DNA of 64,000 nucleotides from Tubiluchus corallicola (lineage: Eukaryota; Animalia; Priapulida): assembly GCA_030141605.1 (NCBI GenBank), contig JAQGDQ010000550.1, forward strand, positions 80,807-144,806, read 5' to 3'. This document shows, piece by piece, positions 54,297 through 64,000 of the stretch (positions are counted from its first letter, which is position 1; each line of letters begins with the position of its first letter). The position numbers and the translations under genes were made by a program. The notes beneath the pieces were generated by a model. That model had not been told where the DNA came from. It saw only the letters and a program-made list of their open reading frames with translations, and did not search any database.

Positions 54297-57200
54297 AAAA
54301 AAACTCAATTTATTAGTGCCGTTCTGAGACGACCAAAAGAAGAATATGTGAAGAATCATAAACACATTAGCCTGGATCTGAACACAGGATGTTTGTAATC
54401 AAGACTATCCTGACTTAATCCTAATACGGTGGAACGTCGACTTACGTAAACCCTATTATACGAAAAATTCAAAATACGAGTCGAGCTTCGCAGAAATTTC
54501 CGTTACATTTAACGAATGTAATTTCCATTACATTACATGGAACGAATAGCGCCATTTATAGGGTAAATCTTGTCACATAATACGAAAATTCTAAGATACA
54601 AAAGCCCCTCCGGAACGAATTAGTTTGGTATCTTGAGGTACCTTGCTAATCATTCAATAGTTAAATAAATTTAATTAATATAACTAATCAAATCAAAGCA
54701 AAATAAATACTACACACCGTGTGGAAAACTGTACTGTACTGGACTATTGATGAGTGGGTCTTGATCTTTGGCTTCAATTTTTGGCTTCACTGGAACGACA
54801 TCTCCCTATTAAATTTATAAACATATCTTACATAGTAAAGCATTAACAAGACAGTATGGCGTAGTTATCCTAGTCTAATAAATGCAAAAACAGAATGTTG
54901 TTCGTTTGTAAAATGATTGCGTTAGAAACATCTTTTGTAAGGTCTTAAAATAAATGTAAAAACTGTAGCATTTAATCTGATTCTGAAGCTAATTACAACT
55001 GTATCATAATGTAGCATATTCAACTATCAGATAAAGTTCAAGCGAATTCAGTAAAGTATATATGTAACAAACAATAATACGTAAAATTAATTAGAAAATA
55101 ATACAAATATTACCGTTTTAGTACTACAGTTTTGTGAAGTACGAGGCATCCACTTTTGAAATTTTTCAATTTTCTTTTACACAGTTTTCTTTAAAATTTA
55201 AGAATTACTGGCATTTTGTTGCTTACGGAAGTCTGGATCACACATAATTCTTGCATTCTTTACAAACTCATCTGAAGCAAGGACAATGCCTAAATGCTTA
55301 AAAAATTGACTTTAACTCAAATCCTTATGCGGAGTTGAATGACAATCAAAAAACTAGCTGACGTACAGAGTATTTGACCTTTAGCCAAGGTCGCCGTTTA
55401 CCACACCATCTTCAAGGCATCCAGCCCTGTACATATACACTGCAAATTCAGTGACTAAAGCCCAGTTAACATAAATTAAAACTGGATGCCCTAATTTACA
55501 AATTTTGGCTCCTGTCTAGAGTCCTTGAACAATTCCAAATTTTTTAAAATAACCATTAAATACCTGAGGCAGGGTGTTTATCTTGCAATTTGTGTTACTA
55601 CACTTTTAGAGCTATTCAATGTTATGCACTTTGACCCTAATCCCAGCTTTTTACAACGCCAAGTGCATATCTGCACCACAATACCAAAATACCTATGAAA
55701 AAAAGTGAAAAAAATGAATTTAACTCAACTCCCTAGGCGAAATTGAATGACAATTGAAAAATCGACCAATATGCAGTGTGTCTTTGAGCTTTACCTGAAG
55801 TCACCATTCACCACACCACCTTCAAGACACCTACCCCAGATGCCTATTCCGCATATTTTCTGTGATTGCAGTCCTTTTCACTTGTGAGTTAACATGAATT
55901 AAAACTGAATAACCTACTTTTCACATTTTGGCACTTATCTCAACCTGTTTAGAAAGAAATCAAAATGCTACAAGCACTTGCAAATACTTTAATCCTGTAT
56001 TACAAAGGAAAAATAAACATTTACCTTTCCAAAAGTTTCATCCAAGATAGCGTGGTACGGCTCGCCAATGAATGCTGGATTACGTGCATCTAAATCTTCT
56101 ATATAAATAGTAGCATTAACCCAATTCTTTTGTTGAGGAGTTCCCATGTCCTAAAGAACAAAAAAATTGTCATCCTTTAAAGCAGCAGCGAAAGGAAAAT
56201 ATGGGTCAATAAAAAATATAATTTATACCTACATGGTCCATTAGCTTACTCAAAATTCGTTCAAGGTTCTAAACAAGCATGAATCAGTGTAAAATTAAGT
56301 GGATTCAATTCAATTTAATCAATTTATTTCCTCAACATTCTTTTCACATACAATGTACAGTAGTAGCAATTTCAATAATACATTATGTGAGTAAGAACAG
56401 CGAAAGACCAATTGGTCACTACCTCAACTGTTCCTTTTTTAAAAAAAGAATTTTTTTCTTCATAGGTGCAAAACTTTCATGTGATAAATAAAATAATGTT
56501 CTATAGTTTATAAAAGAAAGTGAATTAAATTAGTTAGACTAAAGACACTTGGTTTCACTATAAATAAAATAACTTAACAGTAGAGAATTGTAGTAAAATT
56601 TTGATAGATAATTACCGAATATTGAAACACTAAATTAGAATGTTTTGATTACACTAAAGTAATAATAACAGAAGATAAACTCCTCAAAAGAATTTTGCAC
56701 ACAAACGAACGACAATCCACTCCTACCCACACCACACACATCACACCACTCATACCATGCCACACCTCATCACATCCACCTCACCATTCCACCAACACCA
56801 CCCACAATACACCACTCCCACCATGCTACACCAACATCACTCACACCACATAACTCTACACCATACCATAATATCCAAACCACTTCACCCACATGGCACT
56901 ACACCACACCACACCACCCACACCACCCCAGCCACACCACACCATTCCACACCACACCATGCCACACACTACACCACATCACACGCATTACATCACATCC
57001 ACAACACCAAACCCACTACATCACACGGTGATCATGATGATGATGACCACGACAATGAGTACACATACCACACCAACGTCAGCTACACAGTAGTATAGTG
57101 AAACCATACAAAACAATTTGCATAAAATTGAAATTGTGTGCTATGGCAAACACTATTACATCGACCAATGATCAATAATGCACGAACATTCTACATACTG

Positions 57201-59169
57201 TCCGTCCGTTTACTGTTCCTGCGATTGCACTTATCTACTGCAAAGTCAGCAAAGTTATAAGCAGAGTACAATGAAATGTTGTCTATATAATAGTAGATTA
57301 CAACTAGTCTATCACGCACTAGCTCAAAAAACAGAAACCATAAGCAGAATCATGCATAATGTGTACATTGCAGGCAAAAAATAATATAAACAAGTACAAT
57401 GAAAAAACAAAATAAATATCAAAACATTAAAATATATCTTATATCTGCAAGGCAAAAATAAAATCAACTAAAGCAAAGAAAAACAAACAGCAAACAAGAA
57501 CTAGCTCAAAGCAAAGCGAGAAAAAAGATATTTAAAAAATTTAAAAATCTAATTAAAGATCCATTTAACAAATTGACTATATAACACCAAACATTTGTAG
57601 TTACAGAAATAATCTGCCAACACCTTAGTCTGGTGCACTGTATTACACAGGATACAAAAACTTACATGCTGGAAAAAAATTCAATTTTTTTACTTTATTT
57701 TAATGTTTGCCAGAAATTATTTAGTATGGTTGTCATGTCACTACAGAAGCTAAATGGCCCCTCAAGCGGCAGTGATATCAGTTTCTGTGAAAATGATTCT
57801 ATTTGGCACATTTTTTAGATTTTTTAATAATTAACAATAAGTTACATAACCATAGTTAAACTAATACGATTTCAATAGTCAATTAAGATATATATACGAA
57901 CAGGAAATGAGAAATGGATGCCAACAAGATGGAAACAAATCACTTGAGAATTATTACTACTTTTCAGTTTTTAATACTTCCCATTTTCTCTGTAATAAAG
58001 CCAAAAACACTGCAAATTCTGTGTCTACAACTAACTTGTAAGTGTCACTGAATATAATGGAACACTTATAAAGCATAACTGCACTAGCCGTTGGAGTTTC
58101 AATAGTTTAAGATTCCTTCACAGTTAAGCAAGTGCAGGGATTATTGATGAACTATGGATGTTAATAATGCAAATGAAAATCAACTATCAACTATGATTTT
58201 TAGCCTTGCCATGAGAGTATGATTGATCTATAATGCATGGGCTGTCAAACAAATGAAACATCTGTTACCAAAATTAAACATTATCGAGGTATCAGGAAGT
58301 GAGAGCTGTAGCAAGTTAGTCAGTCCTTGGATGAATCGATATGTATTAACTGTATTATCAATCGATATTAGCACCAGAAAGAGTAAGAAACGAATAAGTG
58401 GTGTACAAGCAAGAAAGTGAGTGAAGACAAAAGTTTAGAAAATAAAAATAGACAACGTAAAGTGGCGTTTATGTAGCATCTGGAATGCGCACGCGTTATG
58501 GAGGTGCCGAATAGATAAAATCAGTTTATGCTGTTTTCAATGCACCCGTTCATCGGAGCTGCATCGTGTGTTATTTTTCTGCAGCTATTTCCTATCGACT
58601 TTTTTTGGCAAGTATTCTGAAGGCATATAACGCATAATGTATAGCGCATTCCGGATGCTACATAAACACCGCTTAAGTTGTACACTCACATCTTGGTTTG
58701 CCGGACCTCGCTTTTATGGACATCGGAAAAATCGGAGACAATGTGGACCGTTATAAGTCCCACATACTACGGACACAGTCAGTTGTTTTAGCTGACCGCT
58801 AGTTAGTGGGCCTGTCACTTTGTTTACATCATTACATCAGTGAAACCAAGCAGCGGTAGCAACACGTGTGTAGCTTATATGTTAGAAGTGTCCTGTACTA
58901 GACGTTTTTGAGAGAATTAAGCGACTGAATCTACAATACTGTGAGTCCAATACACAGCGCCTACTGTATTGGCTTAGTATCGGCAAATACGGACAATCGG
59001 CAAATTCGGACCGAAGTCTCCCTGCGTTTATCCGGCAAACCGAGATATGAGTGTATATTACACTTACTTCTGCTCTTACTGTAACAAACACAACATTACC
59101 AAGTGTAGCAGCATCTACTTGTTGCTTCAGGATCACCCACCCAGACTGTCTTTCCACGGAAAAATATTT
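50325..59169 (-). CDS. Cadherin-repeat single-pass membrane protein (atypical cadherin), internal exons; 5' end not in this span
   Basis: Phase-consistent exons 59169-59068, 56150-56025, 54805-54718, 53229-52641, 51107-50953, 50439-50325. Cadherin motifs AEDMGTP, IEDLDARNPAF, AKDQD, FAIDSDTGIV, AATDG, AKDP; TM segment IYAIGLLTLVLLIVAVGLGI. No signal-peptide exon found in the window. Confidence 0.9.
54426..54642. mobile_element. Tigger/pogo-like MITE remnant
   Basis: tacggtggaacgtcgacttacg ... ggaacgaattagtttggtatcttgaggtac, with repeated tacgaaaa(a)ttc. Confidence 0.45.
55270..55930. repeat. Two diverged units of the repeat family at 14270-14770, opposite orientation
   Basis: tttaactcaa...ttgaatgacaat...accacacca.cttcaag occurs near 55311 and 55719. 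Confidence 0.65.
56720..57090. repeat. CAC/CACAC-rich low-complexity tract
   Basis: Direct reading; GU-rich on the transcribed minus strand. Confidence 0.9.
58461..58673. mobile_element. Tourist/PIF-Harbinger-like MITE with TAA target-site duplication
   Basis: Left TIR agtggcgtttatgtagcatctggaatgcgc vs reverse complement of right end agcggtgtttatgtagcatccggaatgcgc; TAA at 58458-58460 and 58674-58676. Confidence 0.8.
58683..59053. mobile_element. Tc1/mariner-like MITE with TA target-site duplication
   Basis: TIRs cactcacatcttggtttgccgga / tccggcaaaccgagatatgagtg, flanked by TA on both sides. Confidence 0.85.
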
Positions 59170-59517
59170 CTAAAAAAATTGTACAATAAATACTTGGAAA
59201 AGTACATTCACATATTTCATGAACCTATGTATTGTTAATGATTGGAGGGCTAGACAATAACAATTAAATTAAACAAATCACAATCATTATTACAGTATTT
59301 AGGGATAATTTTAATATTTATTAAAAATAATTAAGATAACTTATTATTGATATAGTGAACTGGCAACTATTGAATTTTTGAAACCAAATTTCTCCTAAGG
59401 GATAGAAATGTGAAAAAGCACTTATGCACATTATCTTCCTTTCTGATCATCCCACTCTTACTTTAGTGTACAGTTTTCATGTTGTATGATTATCTCAACC
59501 TGAAACTATCAACTACT

Positions 59518-59520
<3 letters not shown>

Positions 59521-59585
<65 letters not shown>

Positions 59586-59603
59586 GTATATATATATATA
59601 TAT
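59521..59603. repeat. (AT)n microsatellite
   Basis: Direct reading. Confidence 0.97.
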
Positions 59604-59772
59604 ACGTTTACGTAAATTGCTTAAACTTGTGTAAGTCGTATGTCTAAATAGCTCAGTTATCATCCTTTTTCATATAAACATATTTATTTATCAAAAGCAT
59701 TAACAATGAAGCGTATGTATATTGCTTAACTGAACTTTCTGCTGAAATCATTACCTGCTCTAGCACACTTAC

Positions 59773-59792
59773 CTGAGTTGGATATTTTACTG
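59773..59792 (-). CDS. Candidate 17/20-nt micro-exon of the cadherin-like gene ((A)VKYPTQ)
   Basis: Pyrimidine tract, tandem acceptor aag|cag| and strong donor CAG|gtaagt. Its phase 1 start and phase 0 end bridge candidate exon 63974-63874 to exon 59169. Confidence 0.4.
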
Positions 59793-60879
59793 CTTGTAAT
59801 CAGGAGAATAAAAGCAACTAACAATTCAATTTATGTGAGGTTATTAATTGAAAATACACCTGAGCCAATTTTAACAGGTGAGCCCCAAGTTGACCACCTG
59901 AGCCAAGCTTACAAGGATTAAATTACCAGGTTAAGTAATTCTGTGTCATCAGCAACATGTATTATTTTACTAATCATACAGATGGTAAATAAAGGCACCT
60001 TTTTTAGAGTTCAAGTGTGGTTTGACGTACATTAGCGCTCTCAGAGAAACAGTTTTGGACAAAAGAGCTACTGTGTTAATTCGTTTTTTCACTCTAACTT
60101 GAACACCTTTGCTCGTCTACACTTGTGTCGAAACACCTGTTATGCATGTCATTTTGGGCCCAAGTGAACAATGGCGAGCAACAAGTTGTCTAAACAGGTT
60201 TAAAAGAAAAAAGCGGATGCTGAGTAATTGAGGTCACTGTTAATTTCTGACTAATTTTGTACTAAAATATGCAGTGGATATTTAATTTTTCAAATCAATT
60301 CAATTCAATTTCAACTTATTTATCTCTTTTGAACACTACAATAGAAAATTATTAATAACAGATCAACAGTAAGTTGTGAAGAATGATTACAACAGGTAGT
60401 TATAAAACTAGAGAAAGGGTAGCGAAAAAACTATAAAGTCACTTATAGAACCAAATATAGAAAATGATCATTAGACACTGGTGCGCATGAAAATTAATGT
60501 TGTGAGTTTAATTTGGGAAACATTATTAATTTTTAGAATTATGGCATTTACTATATAATTAAGTAATCCAAAACAGAGTACATGTTAGTGCACTTTTTGT
60601 AACTTTTTCACAAGAGTCAAGCACTACAAAGTGTGTGTTGCATTGTATTAGTTATCATTATCTGAATTACGAAAATTATTTAGATATTTGGAGACAAAGC
60701 ATTTATTTCTGTTAAACTAACGAAAGAAATGAATTAAAAACATGATTCTTACAGAGACCAAGCTGCTAATATCTATAGTGGTAGTAGAACACATTGTTAC
60801 TGAGTTATTGATTTCCTTTGTCAACAAGTAAATTTCCCTGTTCCTTTATATTTATATTTATTGTATGTAATGCTAGTGT

Positions 60880-61375
60880 GTAGAACTTCCTCTGTTGGAA
60901 CTGACTAGGACATTGCTCTAGTAATTGTTGTTTGTACCAGTTGCACACTAGAAATGTCACGTAGTTAAAAAAGCTTCCTGGTTTAGTGAAGCGTTGGCTG
61001 TTAAAAAATATAATGAAAAAGCTGACACAGGGGCAGTAACTTTCTGGCAGTCACTCAATAAACTCTCTGACTAGCTCGTATGCAGTCTCTGGCAAAGCAG
61101 ACTCTTGAACTGTTTTTAAGTTTGGCAAACTTGGCTCATCGGAAAAAGTTATCTCTCATCACATATCTTTTGTCATGACAATGTTTGGAACAGTAAGGTT
61201 AGAAAAGTGAGTCAACTTAAAATAAACACACGTCGAACACCATACCTGCTGTACAGTGTTTTTACTCACCAACGCAATGTACTACAAGATGATCGTCAAA
61301 GAGAATAGTTACCAAAGACTACAAAAGCAGTTCATACTAGACCAATGTCCTAGTCGAGGAACAAGGAAGTTCTAC
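60880..61375. repeat. Diverged inverted repeat (~56-bp arms), possibly an old MITE, abutting the long stem
   Basis: gtagaacttcct..gactaggacattg.tctagta (60880-60936) pairs with 61320-61375. Confidence 0.65.
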
Positions 61376-61709
61376 TTCCGCTTTTATGGTACAAAATTTG
61401 CTTGTCTGGTGACTTCACGTAAAGCTTAGTGTTGGCACTAGTCTGATGACATTAATATTTCTGCAAATGAACATGAAGATTTCAAAGTGTAACAGTTTTT
61501 GCTGTCTGTAGTTTTACGATCTGTTATAACATGTACCACTTAGTTAACACCCTTATTTGTTAATGTCAGCTCAACATGCATTATTATGAGAAAAGATATT
61601 CAACATTGTCACTGGATGAGCCGGTGCCACAGCGCAGTTGACAAACTAGTTTCAGCAGCTTAATCAATTTCTTCAGCTTCTATCAACTTATTTACAGATG
61701 GTTGATTTA
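61371..61709. repeat. Left arm of long inverted repeat flanking the GPCR
   Basis: Reverse complement of 63231-63575 apart from about 8 small bulge/mismatch sites. Confidence 0.97.
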
Positions 61710-62047
61710 ATAAAAACACCAAGCATTTACATTAGCAGAAAAAAGTAAGACGAGCAATATGCTACACGTGATAGCAGCACAAATGCACAAAAATAATGTA
61801 ACAGTGGTTAATAATAATAATAATAATCCCAGTTTAATGAAATTCATTCAAGAGTGGATACAATGCAAGCAATAGCGCTTTCCAACAATGTAGCATAGAA
61901 GACAATTTGGCAATTTATTTCAATAAAATATTGTGATGTCTGCAATTACATCAAATACAAAAAGATGAATTAATAATGTGCCTAAATTACTTTAGTTAAA
62001 GCACAATTACAACACTGTATCATGGTGAGCAACCCATTTTAAAATGC

Positions 62048-63115
62048 TTACATCAAGCTTGTAATAGTGTCACGCTGGTGTTCTGTAGTGCAACAAAAGA
62101 GGCCTTTAAGTGCTTGCCTGATGTCACGGTGTCGCAGCACATAAATTATGGGGTTCCAGAAGGAGTTAGCCATCAAGAATGGTCCAGCAAGGTCTACTCT
62201 GAATGCTACCGACTTTAAATATGTATTGACTGTCATTAGAATCCAGAATGGCAGACAGCTGCAGACAAACAGGCCAATGACGACAAAAATGGTGATGGCA
62301 ACATTCAGTTCTGTTTTTATATTAACGTTCGGCACAGTATTCGAGAAGATCTGAACTTGGTCCTGTATGCTATGAATGTGGCGACGAGCGACAACGAATA
62401 CGTTGAGGTACAGAACAATCATGGCAACGCTGGGAATTATGTAGAGCACTGTCGCATAGAGCATCATTAGCCAGAAAGGATAAACTTCGAAAATGGCACA
62501 GCTTCTAAAATCAAGCTGGTACCAGGCATAGAGAGGAATCAAATTCAGGATTACTGACATCATGATTACTCCGATGATGAGAAACACTGCCCGTCTTTCT
62601 GTAAAAAACCTTCTGTAAATGAACGGATGCACGACAGCCATGTATTGCTCTATTGCAATTATCAGCAAGCCGTATACAGAGAGAGTGATGCCAGTGATCT
62701 TCAATATAAAAATCATCGTGCAGACTTCACCAGTGACAACCAGTTTGGTGATCCGCGAAGTGATAAACTGAATATGAGCGAAACCTTGGACCAGATCAGA
62801 AAAAGTCAACATGGTGACGCTATACAGCTTCAATCCTTTGAATGTCCTCTGTCCTTCTTTGATGATAATAAGAAGCACAGTTCCATTGTTCGCTAAGATC
62901 AGCAAAATCACAATGACATTCCATGTCAACATACCTGGTTTTAACTTAATATAACCAACGATTCTGTTTCGTGAAATGTCACTTTCATTATTAGCGACAA
63001 AGTGTGATGCACTGATCTCAGTAGATGTGCCATAACTGTGGTCATTTGCATGGCACTGCATTGAGAAAATAAACAATCCTATTATGGCTTTTAATATTTC
63101 CATCGTTACTTTCAT
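62048..63115 (-). CDS. Intronless rhodopsin-class (class A) GPCR, ~355 aa, orphan
   Basis: ATG at 63115. Signal-peptide-like N-terminus and 7 hydrophobic segments: TM1 N (ILANN), TM2 SD, TM3 IAIEQYMAVVHPFIY (DRY variant), TM5 P/Y, TM6 FVCSCLP, TM7 NSFWNPIIY. AATAAA on minus at 61919-61914. Confidence 0.93.
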   Translation of the reverse strand: MKVTMEILKAIIGLFIFSMQCHANDHSYGTSTEISASHFVANNESDISRNRIVGYIKLKPGMLTWNVIVILLILANNGTVLLIIIKEGQRTFKGLKLYSVTMLTFSDLVQGFAHIQFITSRITKLVVTGEVCTMIFILKITGITLSVYGLLIIAIEQYMAVVHPFIYRRFFTERRAVFLIIGVIMMSVILNLIPLYAWYQLDFRSCAIFEVYPFWLMMLYATVLYIIPSVAMIVLYLNVFVVARRHIHSIQDQVQIFSNTVPNVNIKTELNVAITIFVVIGLFVCSCLPFWILMTVNTYLKSVAFRVDLAGPFLMANSFWNPIIYVLRHRDIRQALKGLFCCTTEHQRDTITSLM

Positions 63116-63171
63116 GGACAGTGTGATAATACGCAACTAGCCGAAAGCTTCTTTTCATTCAGATAAAGCTT

Positions 63172-63229
63172 CTTATAACTTTTCAGTAGTGTCTTATAGT
63201 GTGCAACAACACGCGCATGTTGTCATTGG
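63172..63229 (-). promoter_or_regulatory. Candidate GPCR core promoter (CCAAT plus TATAAG)
   Basis: CCAAT 63229-63225; TATAAG at 63198-63193 and 63177-63172, about 60-115 nt upstream of the ATG. Confidence 0.4.
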
Positions 63230-63230
63230 C

Positions 63231-63575
63231 TAAATCAACCATCTGTAAATAAGTTGATGAAGCTGAAGAAAGTGATTAAACTACTTTTGAAACTAGTTTG
63301 TCAACTGCGCTGTGGCACCTGCGGCTCATCCAGTGACAATGTTGAATATGCTTTTTCTCATAATAATGCATGTTGAGCTGACATTAACAAATAAGGGTGT
63401 TAACTAAGTGGTACATGTTATAACAGATCAATAAAACTACAGACAGCAAAACTGTTACACTTTGAAATCTTCATGTTCATTTGCAAGAAATATTAATGTC
63501 ATCAGACTAGTGCCAACATCGCTTTACGTGAAGTCACCAGACAAGCAAATTTTGTACCATAAAAGCGGAAGTAGA
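63231..63575. repeat. Right arm of long inverted repeat flanking the GPCR
   Basis: Reverse complement of 61371-61709. Confidence 0.97.
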
Positions 63576-63873
63576 GTAACAGCTTTAGTTACCCGCATCC
63601 AGAGCACAAATGTTTCATGTCACATCGCAAAGTGCAAATCAGTGTGAGGCAAAAAAACGTTAAAAGTTGTTTTTCAATTCGCTTGAGTGTTAATCAGTCA
63701 TTTTGGCTGTCCAGATAAGCATGTCTACACCAAAACAGTACACTAAATTAACTTTAATACAGACTAAGCAGTCATGAATTCCATTCTCCAGACTGATAGC
63801 AAGCAGTGATTAGAAAGCATTAACTGCAGATGTAAACTATAGGCACATTTCATAAACTATAGGTTTAGCCTAC

Positions 63874-63974
63874 CTTGCATGTTAATCCGTAATAAAGTTG
63901 TCTGCATAAGTTTTTCCGCAGGTGGGAAAATAATGTGATGTTTTATGTTTTTATAACTGCACATAGTTTCTGTA
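63874..63974 (-). CDS. Candidate upstream exon of the cadherin-like gene (TETMCSYKNIKHHIIFPPAEKLMQTTLLRINMQ)
   Basis: Strong acceptor ttttctttgctgtgcag| and donor AAG|gtaggc. Only one frame is open, and its phase-1 end fits the micro-exon at 59792/59789. Confidence 0.45.
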
Positions 63975-64000
63975 CTGCACAGCAAAGAAAATTTCACAGT

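Noticed and set aside
61361-63585. GPCR carried by a Pack-type DNA transposon with long TIRs
   Set aside because: No convincing target-site duplication, no recognisable terminal motif and no other copy in the window. Set aside rather than excluded; a genome-wide BLAST of the arms would decide.

Overview
AT-rich animal (invertebrate-like) genomic DNA with spliceosomal GT-AG introns. No prokaryotic features are present. Genes read by hand: RNF141-like RING E3 ligase (+, 974-3880); a 4-exon CYP2-clan cytochrome P450 with an unusual ~45-aa C-terminal insertion (+, 17998-22680); a ~1939-aa multi-C2H2 zinc-finger protein with a 5.4-kb exon (+, 28074-34232); an 8-exon NipSnap gene (-, 37339-47814); a cadherin-repeat single-pass membrane protein (-, ~48700 to beyond 64000); and an intronless class A GPCR (-, 62048-63115) apparently nested on the same strand in a cadherin intron. 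The most striking structure is a ~340-bp near-perfect inverted repeat (61371-61709 / 63231-63575) bracketing the whole GPCR unit, including its candidate CCAAT/TATA elements and polyA signal. The arms differ mostly by small bulges and by C/T changes that become G-U wobbles only on the minus-strand RNA, suggesting an RNA stem that loops the nested gene out of the host pre-mRNA. The rest is MITE-like elements, SINE-like fragments, microsatellites and a 989-bp intronic tandem duplication. All coordinates and alignments were made by eye; no database searches were run.
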